DNA from: Nemertoderma westbladi
Taxonomy: Eukaryota; Animalia; Xenacoelomorpha
Assembly (NCBI GenBank): GCA_032718475.1
Contig: JAUCBJ010002774.1
Span: 2,359 to 66,358 of the forward strand
DNA length: 64,000 nucleotides
Direction: 5' to 3'
Positions within the stretch are counted from its first letter, which is position 1. Each line of letters opens with the position of its first letter. Shown in pieces: positions 10,366 to 22,450 of this stretch. The position numbers were made by a program, and so were the translations under genes. The notes under the pieces were generated by a model. That model worked only from the letters and a program-made list of their open reading frames with translations. It was not told where the DNA came from and ran no database searches.

Positions 10366-13300
10366 ATGGGAAGGTGTTGTGGCTGCAATTTTACGTCGGG
10401 CAAATGCAAGACATGCGTTTGCGTTCGCGCAAAACGGGCCTGCGAAAACTGCGGTCCTGGTACAGCAGGGCGGTGCGAAAATCTATTCAGGAATGGTCAT
10501 TCCTGTTCGCAGCCGACATCGTCGTCAACTGCTGACAACCAGGTGGCGCCGGCGCGCATATCTTCATCGCAACCGTTGGATCTTGACGTTAGGTCTCCAG
10601 ATGAAACTCTAATTGATCTAGACTCGACCCTTGTTCCCAATGGGGCTGATCAAACAGACATCACAGCGTCTGACGTTGTGGTGAGCGAGGTCGTGGGATT
10701 CACAGCGGAGTTGAATGGCGCCGCAACGTCTACTGCACCCCCGTCAGGCGCCACCACGCCTTCGACGCCCCCATCAGTTGCCGCCATGTTTACGGCGCCC
10801 GCGTCAGGCGCCGCCATGTCTACGGCGCCCGCGTCAGGCGCCGCCGTGTCTACGGCGCCCGCGTCAGGCGCCGCCATGTCTACAACGCCCCCGTCGGACG
10901 CCGCCATGTCTACGACGCCCCCGTCAAGCGCCGCCATGTCTACGGCGCCCGCGTCAGGTGTCGCCATGTCTACGACGCCCCCGTCAAGCGCCACCATGTC
11001 TACGACGCCCGCGTCAGGTGCCGCCATGTCTACGACGCCCCCGTCAAGCGCCGCCATGTCTACGACGCCCGCGTCAGGTGCCGCCATGTCTACGACGCCC
11101 CCGTCAAGCGCCGCCATGTCTACGACGCCCCCGTCAGGCGCCGCCATGTCTACGACGCCCCCGTCAGGCGCCGTCGCCGTCATGCCTACGACTCCCCCGT
11201 CTCGCGCCGTCCCCGACCTACCAGGATATCAACCCCGCGGCCTGGCGTTTAGTTGGAACGGAATACCCGGCGAGTTATTTGAAAGTCAATTAAAGGATGC
11301 GTATGACGAGGTTGTCCACTGGAAGCCGCATCTCTTCAATATTCCTCGTACACAGGTCGGTCGGCAATTTATTTGCTCAATTACCAAACTTTTAAAGGCC
11401 TTCAGCGAGAAATCCAATCTAGAAGGGGTTGCTTTGCTAGCAGTTATGACAGCACCTAAACTACTATTACATGCCGCAGTCAAGGAACCAGATGGACATG
11501 GTGCCTTGGGTAGTATCAGCCAAACCCTTCGGAGACGACTCGAACTTTGGAACGAGGGCGACATTGGCGCTCTCTTAGACGAAGGGAGAGCACTCCAGGC
11601 CCGGAGTGTAGGAAATGGTGCTGTTAGGGTGGACTCTGATAAACCCAGGAGGGACTTCGTGTCTCGGATGAACACGGGACGGATTTCCGCTGCAATGGAT
11701 ATACTAACGGATGGTAAGGGCGGTTCGGTTATGGGATTAACGGAATTGGTTGGGAATAAAACCGTTAAGGAGATCCTAAGGGAGAAACATCCAGCGCCTG
11801 CAAGTGTCGATCCGTCACTAATCGAATCAGCATGGGGGGACACTGTCAGTTTTCACCCGGCAATTTTCGACGCGATTAGGGGTGAGGCAATTCTGTCCGC
11901 ATCCCTCCACACTCGGGGAACACCTGGTCCATCTGGCATCGACGCCGATGGATGGAGACGCATGCTTACGGCATTTGGATCCACATCAAACGACCTGCGA
12001 AACGCGGTGGCCGCGGTTACGAGACGCCTTTGTACCGAATACGTTGACCCCAAGAGTATTTCCCCACTCAATGCATGTCGACTGGTGCCCCTGGATAAAA
12101 CACCCGGCGTCCGACCGATTGGTGTAGGAGAAGTACTGAGAAGGATAATAGGGAAGTCGATAATGACATGTACCAGGGTAGACCTGGAAGCAGTGGCCGG
12201 TAATACCCAGTTGTGCGTGGGGCAGCTTGGAGGAATCGAGCATGCCATTCATGCTTTGCGTGACCAATACAACACCACCGAGTGCGAAGGAATCCTATCG
12301 ATAGATGCAACAAACGCATTCAATGCATTGAACAGACAACTCGCGTTGTTAAACATTAAACATGTATGTCCTGCATTGTCAACAGTCCTGGTGAACACCT
12401 ATCGAGAACCAACCCCACTGTTCGTGGACAAAGAGATCATGTGGTCTGAGGAGGGTACCACCCAGGGAGATCCGCTCGCCATGGCAATGTATGGCTCTGG
12501 TACACTGCCAATGGTAAAGAACCTCGTAATGATAGGCGCACAGACCGTATCAGCGGAGAACGAGGGCAAGCAGTCCATGGAAACAATGGGTGCGGTTGGA
12601 GACCCAGGGGACAGACAGGCGGACCATGACTACCCATGCGGTGGAGACCAACAAAATGCCAATCGAAGGGGTGGTTCTCTCATCCAAAAATGGTTCGCAG
12701 ACGATGGGAATGTCGCCGGCGGACTCATAAGGCTAAGAGAGTACTGGGAGAAGGTCAATGAAATCGGTCCAGGGTATGGCTACTTCCCCAACCCGGTAAA
12801 ATCCTATCTGATTGTAAAGGACGAGCACAGAGAGCAGGCTGAGAAGATATTTGCAGGAACCGGCATAAAATTGACTGATGGTCACAGGGTGCTAGGATCA
12901 GTTATTGGTTCAGAGAACGCATGCAACAAATTCATATTGGAGCGTGTTGACAAACTGTGTGAGCAATTGGCGCGATTAAACGAGTTCGCAGTTACTGCTC
13001 CCCATCCAGCATATAGTTGCCTCATAAATGGTCTACAGTCAAAGTCTACTTACCTCTCCCGAACCACCCCACATTTCGTAGATAACTTGGACAACGTGGA
13101 GAAATACATAGTGGACCACCTCATACCTACACTGACCGGACGGGCCCCTCCAGGCGAAATCGAGAGGAAGTTGCTCGCTCTTCCTGTAAGGGAGGGCGGC
13201 CTTGCAATATACCAACCACAGGACCTGCGGGAGAGTTACCATTCATCGAGGAGGATCTGTGAACCTCTCGATTCCATCGGGGTCGGAACGGCCCGACCAC

Positions 13301-14211
13301 GCGAGGCACAGAGGCTTATTGTACGTGAAGTGGTGGGGGAAAGGGAGGAGTACGTGAAAGCGAAGACGGCGGATGTAAACAGACAGTTGTCAGACGACTC
13401 CAAGTACCTCCGGGCACTAACACAGGAGAAAGGTGCTTCATCGTGGCTAACAGCCTTACCAATCCTCAAGTACGGGTTCGCCCTACACAAAACAGCATTT
13501 CGGGATGCCCTGTGCTTGAGGTATGGTTGGTTGCCACCAAAGCTCCCCTCCCACTGTGTATGTGGAGTTGCATTCTCCATCTCGCATTCGCTGCACTGTC
13601 CGACAGGGGGATACCCCAGTATTCGCCATAACGAGGTACGGGACTATTTAGCTGAGTTGCTCAACGAGGTGGCCCATGACGTGGAGAGTGAACCCGGTCT
13701 ACAACAAGTAGAGAGCGAGGAATTTCGGCTGGCGAGCACCTCAAGGGACCCGGATGCGCGGCTGGATGTAGCAGCGTGCGGGGTCTGGGGCGGGAGGTTC
13801 GAGAAAGTATACGTGGACGTAAAGATATTCAACCCGCTGTGCTCCTCTAACCCCCGTTCCATTTCGTCCGCGTATCAGAAGCACGAGAGGGAGAAACGAC
13901 GAAAATACGAGGAGAGGATAAATGAGATCGAGCATGGAGGTTTCTGCCCGTTCATCATGGCTACCACAGGGGGCGCTAGCAGAAGCGCGCATGCGCTCAT
14001 AAATCGAATATCGCTCCTCTCAGTCAAGCGGGATTCTCCCTATTCGCAGACCGTGTCTCTCGTGCGGACGAAGTTAAACTTTGCCCTGCTGCGGTCCGCT
14101 CTAATGTGTCTGAGGGGCGCCCGCACACCAAAGACCCGGCGGTCCACACAATCGCTGAGGGAAACCGGTATCCTCTGCGCGGTAGCCGAAGGTCTGGAGG
14201 TGCGGGCGTAG
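10366..14211 (+). CDS. CRE-type polyprotein: Cys-rich N-terminus, 10-aa repeat linker, reverse transcriptase, CCHC knuckle, PD-(D/E)xK-type endonuclease (1281 aa from the first ATG)
   Basis: LVPLDKTPGVRPIGVGEVLRR, DATNAFN, EGTTQGDPLAM, WFADD, CVCGVAFSISHSLHC, RHNEVRD, RLDV...DVKIFNP, HEREKRRKY. The ORF track start at 10354 is a TTG. Confidence 0.9.
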   Translation: MGRCCGCNFTSGKCKTCVCVRAKRACENCGPGTAGRCENLFRNGHSCSQPTSSSTADNQVAPARISSSQPLDLDVRSPDETLIDLDSTLVPNGADQTDITASDVVVSEVVGFTAELNGAATSTAPPSGATTPSTPPSVAAMFTAPASGAAMSTAPASGAAVSTAPASGAAMSTTPPSDAAMSTTPPSSAAMSTAPASGVAMSTTPPSSATMSTTPASGAAMSTTPPSSAAMSTTPASGAAMSTTPPSSAAMSTTPPSGAAMSTTPPSGAVAVMPTTPPSRAVPDLPGYQPRGLAFSWNGIPGELFESQLKDAYDEVVHWKPHLFNIPRTQVGRQFICSITKLLKAFSEKSNLEGVALLAVMTAPKLLLHAAVKEPDGHGALGSISQTLRRRLELWNEGDIGALLDEGRALQARSVGNGAVRVDSDKPRRDFVSRMNTGRISAAMDILTDGKGGSVMGLTELVGNKTVKEILREKHPAPASVDPSLIESAWGDTVSFHPAIFDAIRGEAILSASLHTRGTPGPSGIDADGWRRMLTAFGSTSNDLRNAVAAVTRRLCTEYVDPKSISPLNACRLVPLDKTPGVRPIGVGEVLRRIIGKSIMTCTRVDLEAVAGNTQLCVGQLGGIEHAIHALRDQYNTTECEGILSIDATNAFNALNRQLALLNIKHVCPALSTVLVNTYREPTPLFVDKEIMWSEEGTTQGDPLAMAMYGSGTLPMVKNLVMIGAQTVSAENEGKQSMETMGAVGDPGDRQADHDYPCGGDQQNANRRGGSLIQKWFADDGNVAGGLIRLREYWEKVNEIGPGYGYFPNPVKSYLIVKDEHREQAEKIFAGTGIKLTDGHRVLGSVIGSENACNKFILERVDKLCEQLARLNEFAVTAPHPAYSCLINGLQSKSTYLSRTTPHFVDNLDNVEKYIVDHLIPTLTGRAPPGEIERKLLALPVREGGLAIYQPQDLRESYHSSRRICEPLDSIGVGTARPREAQRLIVREVVGEREEYVKAKTADVNRQLSDDSKYLRALTQEKGASSWLTALPILKYGFALHKTAFRDALCLRYGWLPPKLPSHCVCGVAFSISHSLHCPTGGYPSIRHNEVRDYLAELLNEVAHDVESEPGLQQVESEEFRLASTSRDPDARLDVAACGVWGGRFEKVYVDVKIFNPLCSSNPRSISSAYQKHEREKRRKYEERINEIEHGGFCPFIMATTGGASRSAHALINRISLLSVKRDSPYSQTVSLVRTKLNFALLRSALMCLRGARTPKTRRSTQSLRETGILCAVAEGLEVRA
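10715..11210 (+). repeat. 30-bp coding tandem repeat (MSTTPPSGAA-like, ~16 copies) inside the CRE ORF
   Basis: ccgccatgtctacgacgcccccgtcaggcg repeated in frame. Confidence 0.9.
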
Positions 14212-15990
14212 GCGAATGTGGGACTGGCTTACTTTTTTTTTATTGGTGGAGGGTACTACACAATTCGATGGCCTAGTAAATTTATCTATCTTATGTCCAA
14301 TGTGCAGAGCAGTATTATTGATATGAAAATATAAATAAACGTACGATGTGTAAAAAAAAAAAACCGGGTAGGTTTGGTACAGGGTAGGTGTGGTACCTGG
14401 TAGGTGTGGTACATGGTAGGTGTGGTACCTGGTAGGTGTGGTACATGATAGGTGTGGTACCTGGTAGGTGTGGTACATGTTAGGTGTGGTACATGGTAGG
14501 TGTGGTACAGGGTAGGTGTGGTACCTGGTAGGTGTGGTACATGGTAGGTTTGGTACATGGTAGGTGTGGTACATGGTAGGTGTGGTACCTGGTAGGTTTG
14601 GTACATGGTAGGTGTGGTACAGGGTAGGTGTGGTACATGGTAGGTGTGGTACCTGGTATGTGTGGTACCTGGTAGGTGTGGTACCTGGTAGGTGTGGTAC
14701 ATGGTAGGTATGGTACCGGGTAGGTGTGGTACCTGGTAGGTGTGGTACATGGTAGGTGTGGTACATGGTGGTAGGTGTGGTACTTGGTAGGTGTGGTACA
14801 TGGTAGGTGTGGTACATGGTAGGTGTGGTACTTAGTAGGTGTGGTACATGGTAGGTGTGGTACCTGGTATGTGTGGTACTTCGTAGGTATGGTACATGGT
14901 AGGTGTGGTACATGGTAGGTGTGGTACCTGGTATGTGTGGTACTTCGTAGGTGTGGTACATGGTAGGTGTGGTACATGGTAGGTGTGGTACATTGTAGGT
15001 GTGGTACCTGGTAGGTGTGGTACATGATAGGTGTGGTACATGGTAGGTGTCGTACATGGTAGGTGTGGTACATGGTAGGTGTGGTACATGGTGGTAGGTG
15101 TGGTACTTGGTAGGTGTGGTACATGGTAGGTGTGGTACATGGTAGGTGTGGTACTTGGTAGGTGTGGTACATGGTAGGTGTGGTGCATGGTAGGTGTGGT
15201 ACCTGGTATGTGTGGTGCATGGTAGGTGTGGTACCTGGTATGTGTGGTACTTGGTAGGTGTGGTACATGGTAGGTGTGGTACATGGTAGGTGTGGTACAT
15301 TGTAGGTGTGGTACCTGGTAGGTGTGGTACATGATAGGTGTGGTACATGGTAGGTGTCGTACATGGTAGGTGTGGTACCTGGTAGGCGTGGGACCTGGTA
15401 GGTGTGGTGCATGGTAGGTGTGGTATATGGTAGGTGCGGTACATGGTAGGTGTGGTACATGGTAGGTGTGGTACCAGGTAGGTGTGGTACATGGTATGTG
15501 TGGTACCGGGTAGGTGTGGTACCTGGTAGGTGTGGTACCTGGTATGTGTGGTACATGGTATGTGTGGTACCGGGTAGGTGTGGTACCTGGTAGGTGTGGT
15601 ACATGGTAGGTGTGGTACATGGTGGTAGGTGTGGTACTTGGTAGGTGTGGTACATGGTAGGTGTGGTACATGGTAGGTGTGGTACTTGGTAGGTGTGGTA
15701 CATGGTAGGTGTGGTACCTGGTATGTGTGGTACTTCGTAGGTGTGGTACATGGTAGGTGTGGTACCTGGTATGTGTGGTACTTCGTAGGTGTGGTACATG
15801 GTAGGTGTGGTACATGGTAGGTGTGGTACATTGTAGGTGTGGTACCTGGTAGGTGTGGTACATGATAGGTGTGGTACATGGTAGGTGTCGTACATGGTAG
15901 GTGTGGTACCTGGTAGATGTGGTACCTGGTAGGTGTGGTACATGGTAGGCGTGGGACCTGGTAGGTGTGGTGCATGGTAGGTGTAGGTGT

Positions 15991-16512
15991 CCTGCCTGCC
16001 AAGTACCTAACTGATCTAGACTTTGCTGATGACTTAGGAGTACTCTCAGAATCACTAGAGGGAGCCCAACGGCTCCTCAGCTCATTAGAACATGCTGCTT
16101 CTAGTGTTGGTCTTTTTATTAACTCCAGAAAGACCAAAATTTTGACAGTTAACTTTGAAAGTCCTCAGCAAGTCTCTGATCGGATGAGCATAAGCTCAAA
16201 GGATGGTATGCTTGAGCATGTGGATGACTTCTGTTACCTGGGATCATGGATCCGGAAAGTCAGGCGAGGACCTTCGAATACGTAAGGGAAAGGCATGGGC
16301 AGCCTTAAATAGGCTTTCCAGGATTTGGAAGTCACCGAGAATTAATCGGAAACTTAAGGTCCGGTTATTTAGAGCAGCAGTAGTTCCAGTACTCCTCTAT
16401 GGGAGTCTATGCTGGGCTCTAACTGCTGAGGACACCAAATCTCTGGATGGCACATTCACAAGAATGCTACGCCGGGTTCATTGTGCCAAGTTCAATGCAC
16501 ACATCTCCAACA
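15991..16512 (+). mobile_element. Internal fragment of the RTE LINE family found at 31269-33268, with no 3' tail
   Basis: Near-identical to the reverse complement of ~31600-32117 (PAKYLTDLDFADD...HISN). One extra A at ccggaaagtc causes a frameshift. Confidence 0.9.
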
Positions 16513-17249
16513 TGGTGGGGTACATGCACATGGCAGGTGTGGTACGTGTTAGATGTGGTACCTGGTAGGTGTGGTACATGGTAGGTGTGGTACTTGGTAG
16601 GTGTAGTACATGGTAGGTGTGGTACATGGTAGGTGTGGTACCTGGTAGGTGTGGTACATGGTAGGTGTGGTACATGGTAGGTGTGGTACATGGTAGGTGT
16701 GGTACATTGTAGGTGTGGTACCTGGTATATAGGTGTGGTACATGGTTGGTGTGGTACATGGTAGGTGTGGTACTTGATAGGTGTGGTACTTGATAGGTGT
16801 GGTACTTGGTAGGTGTGGTACATAGCTGTGGTACAAAGATGTAGTACAGCTGGTAGGTGTTGTACCTTGTAGGTGTGGTATATGTAAGGTGTGGTACGTG
16901 TTGTTAGATGTGGTACCTGCCTGGTAGGTGTGATACATGTTATATGTGTTATATCAAAAGTCAGTATATATTTAATGATTTCAAGATAACTGGCAACATA
17001 TAAGAAACTTAGCAAACCAATGTGCTTCAAACCGCAACAAATTCTGTAATACACTGAAAGCAGAAGATAGGATGGAAATTCCTATGTCAAATGGGGACAA
17101 TCTAGTTGGTCATTATAAAAACCGTTTCAGTCTCTTAGATTATTGGGCCTTGGATAGGACTCTTAGATTGAATGATTTGAGAGATCTCCAATGTGTTTCA
17201 ATGCAAAAAGTTTCGATGTATAAAGTGCTATACTCACACCTCACTTCAC

Positions 17250-17920
17250 AATGGGAAGGCGGCTGACAGTGACTGTCTTACATCTGAACACTTATCATTC
17301 ACTTTCGGATGTTCGTCAGGGTGGGGTACTCTCCCCGTATCTCTTCAATATTAATTTATTGGAACTCTTTAGCACCTTAGAAAAATCCGGGCTGGGTTTA
17401 CATAGGACGAGAGGGATACCCTGCACTATGCTATGGCGATGACATTTTATTAATGGCGAACCTCAGGAGTAACATTGAAGAACAATTGAGGATATGCCAA
17501 AAATATTTTGGAGAATTTAACCTACTTCTTAGGTTAGAAAGGTCACGATTTGTGATCTGTACCGCGCAGTCAGCTGGGAGCACCAGTGAAGCAAATGACG
17601 GCCTGAAGTTCAACGATGATAAAGCCGCGATTCTGTCGGTTTTTCGGTCTGCCATTTCCGGCGACAAAGCAAAACATCATGGACCACTTTTTGCACAAAA
17701 TCCCGTCGAACGTAGCCAAAGTTAATACACGTGGCGAGAGTGTTGATTCTGTTCCTCTATCGATCTCATCATTAATCTGGCGTAAAGTCTGTGCTCCTTC
17801 AATTCTATATGGGGTCCCATTTTTATTATTAGAAACGTTGAGTAAGAAATGGCGCAAATCGATGCGATCATTATTGGTTGTTGGTAATTTTGTATCTAAT
17901 GAAACACTTTCCAATTTTTA
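17250..17920 (+). pseudogene. Degenerate non-LTR reverse transcriptase remnant
   Basis: VRQGGVLSPYLFN (RT domain 4) and later PSILYG, broken by frameshifts. Confidence 0.6.
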
Positions 17921-18508
17921 AGACTCGCAATTTCGATACACTCATATACATCATACCTATATGCGGACCATATACTCAGCTTTCAACTCTTCAAATAGAA
18001 AGATGACATTTGTATTCAGCTATCTACTTGTGCGACATATATAGCAGGTGTAATAAAAGATGAAAATGTTGGATGACTATGAGATTGGCGCTTTCAAACT
18101 CGGAGCGCCATGTTTACTCTCATTAGCAAACAATAGAAAATCTAATGTAAAATAAATTGTGAAAAATTTTCATCCACCAAGTTTATCTTTTCTAGATAAC
18201 TTTAATTGTTCATAATTTAAATTTAGTCCTAAATTATAGGACTCACTAAAAAATCTCACGAAATTCAAATATTGTTACAATTCTCAAAACTTTGATTTGA
18301 TATTAAAATACAGACAGATATAGGTTTTTGTAGAAAGATTCTCTGATTAACGCATTTCATAGGGAGTAAAACCCTTTGAAAGGTTGATGTTATTGTGTTT
18401 TTCGGTTAAACACAATATTCGGACATTTCGTCATAATTTACAACGTAGTTTCTAAACAATCTTTGAATAATAATTTATAAAAATAGTATATTGTATTAAC
18501 AATAATCA

Positions 18509-19420
18509 TGTATACCGACCCGTAATATAGTGTCATTTTCTGATGACACGGACACCCCCTAAATTTTTCTACAGATCTTTATCATATTGCATGAAATTTG
18601 AAACACCACTAGTTCAACTCACCGTGGTTGTTACCATGAAGCCGGAATTTTCGATTTCGCCTTTAAATTTTTTTATATAAGCGTTTTAAAAAAGTGTCTT
18701 TTGCGAAATTGCACATCTCCTATCATCGCCATTCTTCACATTAACCTCGCTTTATAGATATCATCAGAAAGCTTTCGTTACAAGGATTCCAAATATGTAA
18801 CAATGTCTAAATTTCGTTGTGAAAGAGCTGAGATATAGGCGTTCAAAGATTGCAAGAAGTATTGTTCGCTGCAAGCCATTTATTCTATTTAATAAATATA
18901 CGAAATTCTAGAACATGTTGTTTATTTTATGAGTTGGTTGGCAACAGCGGAATGCCTATACAATATATATATATTGTGTAGCTAATCATACATAAACAAA
19001 TTGTTCCAGAACATCGTGTATTTGTTAAATAGAATAAATGGCCTGTAGCGAACAATAATTCTTGCAATCTTTGAACGCCTATATTTCATCTGTTTCTCAA
19101 CGAAATTCAGACATTGTTACATATTTGGAATCCTTGGAACGCAAGCTTTCTAATGATATCTATAAAGTGAGGTTAATGTGAAGAATGGCTATGATAGAAG
19201 ATGTGCAATTTCGCAAAAGACCTCTTTTTAAAACGCTTATATAAAAAAAAATGTAAAGGCAAAATCGAAAATTCCGGCTTCATGTTAACAACCACGGTGA
19301 GTGGAACTAGTTGGGTTTCTAATTTCAAGCAATATGATAAAGATTTGTAGAAAAATCTGGGGGGGGGGGTGGTCCGTGTCATCAGAAAATGACACTATAT
19401 TACGGGTCGGTCGGTATACA
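18509..19420. mobile_element. ~910-bp foldback MITE with long TIRs (TA-flanked, possibly Tc1/mariner-derived)
   Basis: tgtataccgacccgtaatatagtgtcatttt ... aaaatgacactatattacgggtcggtcggtataca. Arms are complementary to ~18920/19000. A diverged partial copy lies at ~20870-21110. Confidence 0.85.
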
Positions 19421-20253
19421 ACCTGCAATTCATACAACGTTACTACAGTTAGGCGTACTGAAAGTTAAAGAATTGACTGAATTTCAGATATACTGCCCTC
19501 GTGTATGCCTTTTGAGTTTTGCACTCAGTGGCATTTTAAAATAACTATTTAACAGTAAAATAACTGGTAATAATTATTTACATACTTGTGTGTAAAGTAG
19601 CACTTTACAGTGTGATGATCCGAGTAGCTTTGTTACAAGAACGAACGTTAGTGAGTGAGTGAAAATAAAGCAACGAGGATCAGAACACTGTAAAGTACTT
19701 TGCAACACGTATGTATGTAGTTTTATTCCAAAATTTTAACATTACGAAATGATTGTACATATACATTATAAGTGATAGAAACTGCACAAATTATATTAGT
19801 TGCTGTATAAATAAATGTAAAAATGACATAAATTATGTTATAAATAAGTTAGCTTATATTTATGGTGGCGTTTGGAGCCATGTTATAATAATATAGCTAG
19901 GCCCTACTGGTTATTAATAGCTATATCCCGCCTACCGGTAGGTAATGTAGTAGGCCTATCTGGCTGTCAGTCAAATTTCCACCTATTGTTTACGTGGTAT
20001 CAAATGACGGCGTTAAGTAATGTCCCCTTAGTGGATATTACTTAACGCCGTCATGGGTTACCACGTAAACAATAACACCAAATACAATACTAAATGAACA
20101 GGCCAATACAATGCTGTAATTTCCTCTAAAGTTGTAAAGTCTCTTTGTTTTCATTTTTATAATTAATTATGCCAGTCATTAATGTTGTTTTATATTTAAT
20201 TCGCGCTCTACCTGTGTTTAGTGTTTTGATTATAATCAACGTTGTCTCTGTAG

Positions 20254-20426
20254 GCGCAGTTGAGAAACAGAAACTCGTCTACATATTGAATCGCGATAGC
20301 GAGGCGAGATTGACAATCTCCTCGCCCCTGGAGGCCCATAAAGCCAATACCATCATCTACTTTACTCTGGGGGTAGATGTTGGGTTCGACAATCCAACGT
20401 TCGCCACTCTCGAGATGGACTATGAG
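20254..20426 (+). CDS. SF3B3: SF3B3 coding exon 3
   Basis: tgtag| (G)[31 protein letters not shown]...LEMDYE |gtgagt. Confidence 0.97.
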
Positions 20427-20580
20427 GTGAGTTCTGTATTTCACTTTTCACTTTATGTGCATTCGTTTTAGTATCTGGCTCTCTCACTCGCTTTGTTTCA
20501 ATCCGGCATCATTCCTGTTCGAGAATGTGTAAAATGTACGGTAATGTCGTTATTATTACAACAAAACACTATTTTAAATA

Positions 20581-20837
20581 CGTTCGTGAGGTCTTCGCGC
20601 AGCACGATACTCCATACGTACCATGTTTGGTTTAATTTCCGCAATGATTGACCGACTTATTTTGGATTTTATCAAAAGCCTGAACTACCAGTTCCGACGG
20701 ACAGACTGTCTGACTATGACTGTCACGGACTACATACACAAAGTTTGGTTTGAATGACTGGTTTATTGGCGCTATCCAAAAGTAGACCGTTAATGGTACT
20801 CCTATGCTAAGACTGCGCTCACTTCGTGGCTCGCCCC
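20581..20837 (+). mobile_element. Short copy of the hairpin-ended non-autonomous element
   Basis: Left end cgttcgtgaggtcttcgcgcagcacga and right end cacttcgtggctcgcccc, the same ends as 60393-61942. Confidence 0.75.
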
Positions 20838-22450
20838 ACAATCTTTACTAATCGTTTGTATACCCATGGATTTAAATGAGACATAATGCCTCGCACAGAA
20901 TGAAACTTTCGAACACCAATATCTCAGCTGTCTTTCAAAGAAATTCAGATTGTGTTACATATGTGGAATCCTTGCACGGTCAGCTTTCTAATAGTGCCAA
21001 CAAATCACTAATTAAGTTTAAGAATACCGGCGCTGTAACTATGGTACAATATCGACGGAGACACTTTTTTAAACGCTTGTAGCTAAAGAATGAAAGCAAA
21101 AATATAAATTCTGGCTCACCAATGTCACACTAATGAATGATTCAAACTATATTTTGCTTCTTTTTCATTAAAAAGTTGGCATTGTATTCAACTCGTAGAT
21201 TGTATTACTGTACGATACTTTGGTATCTAAGAACTTTTAGGGTTTTATTTAGTTGGTAATAGTGAACGTGACATTCTGCTGCCCCCATAATCTAATGACT
21301 GTCCTGGGCGAAATCATATTAATGCCGTCCATTAGCAGACAATAATACATCATTAATAATAATATTGTAAACCAAGGAATATTATCGAATATATTATTTA
21401 TTACACGTCAAGGTTGTCTCTTTCGTGCACTCACTACTCCTCTCAACAGAACACCATGGTTTAATAAAATTACATCAAGCCGCTCTTGATGGAAACCGGT
21501 CTTGGGGGGGGGGGGGGGGGGGGGGTCACACAGATTGAGTTTAACGTAATTATAAAATTTTGATGCAATCTTCGGAGAAGTTTAACACTTTAACTCTTTT
21601 GTGGTTTGACATAAGGGTTTACTTTGTCGTGGCTTGTGGTGACAGCGGTTATAAACCATTAGTATTTTGCCATATTACATTCCGATGCATAACCGCAGAA
21701 TTTGAAAATGTGGAATTTTGTAAAACAAAATATTATCACTTTTTTATTTTAATTTTGAAAATTGAAATTCCTTTATTATTGTAGAAAAATGAAGAATGGA
21801 TGGAAAAATTAACCGCATTTCTCGACCGCGTAGTCGAAAAAATCTTCATTTTATTTGTACATCGCGTTTATTATATACACCTTTTAGTCTCCGGTGCGTA
21901 TAATATAAAAAAAACTAAAATTATGTCCCTTTAATATAAAAAACCTGACGCGTCCAAAAAGTAGCATCAAAAAATGAAACGCCTCAGAATAACAAATGCT
22001 AACAAAAATCCGGCTGAATCAACAAAATGATTCGCCAATTGGCAGGTGTTTACGGTTTAATTCACGGAATCTGACGTCTGTATGCGATAGAACAACGCCT
22101 GACAATGAACATGTTGTCCCTCGTGAGATTCTATTTTCTGTAACAACATGTTATCAGTTAGTATCGATCATCCTTCAGTAATTTTTACAACCCAAATATG
22201 ATGATATACAGCCTCGAAGCAACCATCGCGGTTCGCGGCACCGCCCAATTACCCCAAATTCCAAAGAGAATCTGTCAAGCAGAAGTCGCTTGTCAAATCA
22301 ATTCTACATCCGCGTAAATAATCGAACTACCAAACCCCTTCAGTAATATTAATTACGGTGATACTGCTTTCGGGCACTTGATGAATAAAACACGGTTTAA
22401 TGTTAATTCCTGAAATCATAACACCTGATGTTGTGGATATGTGAACGTAT

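Larger units (their letters stand above)
10263..14363 (+). mobile_element. Apparently full-length CRE-clade non-LTR retrotransposon (RT plus restriction-like endonuclease)
   Basis: Single intact ORF, 3' UTR and A12 tail (14352-14363). Target-site duplication CCGGGTAG at 10255-10262 and 14364-14371. Confidence 0.9.
8321..16940 (+). repeat. 16-bp minisatellite TGGTAGGTGTGGTACA (~250 copies), starting at the exon 2 donor and interrupted by two retroelement insertions
   Basis: Direct reading, supported by the 16-aa periodicity of the spurious minus-strand ORFs. Segments 8321-10262, 14364-15990 and 16513-16940. Confidence 0.97.

Noticed and set aside
8321-16940. Interstitial telomeric repeat
   Set aside because: G-rich but not TTAGGG/TTAGG, and the unit is explained by the local exon 2 donor.
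8193-17054. Long minus-strand ORFs of [16 protein letters not shown] repeats (up to 678 aa)
   Set aside because: Translations of the 16-bp minisatellite, open in all three frames because the unit lacks stops; intronic and antisense.
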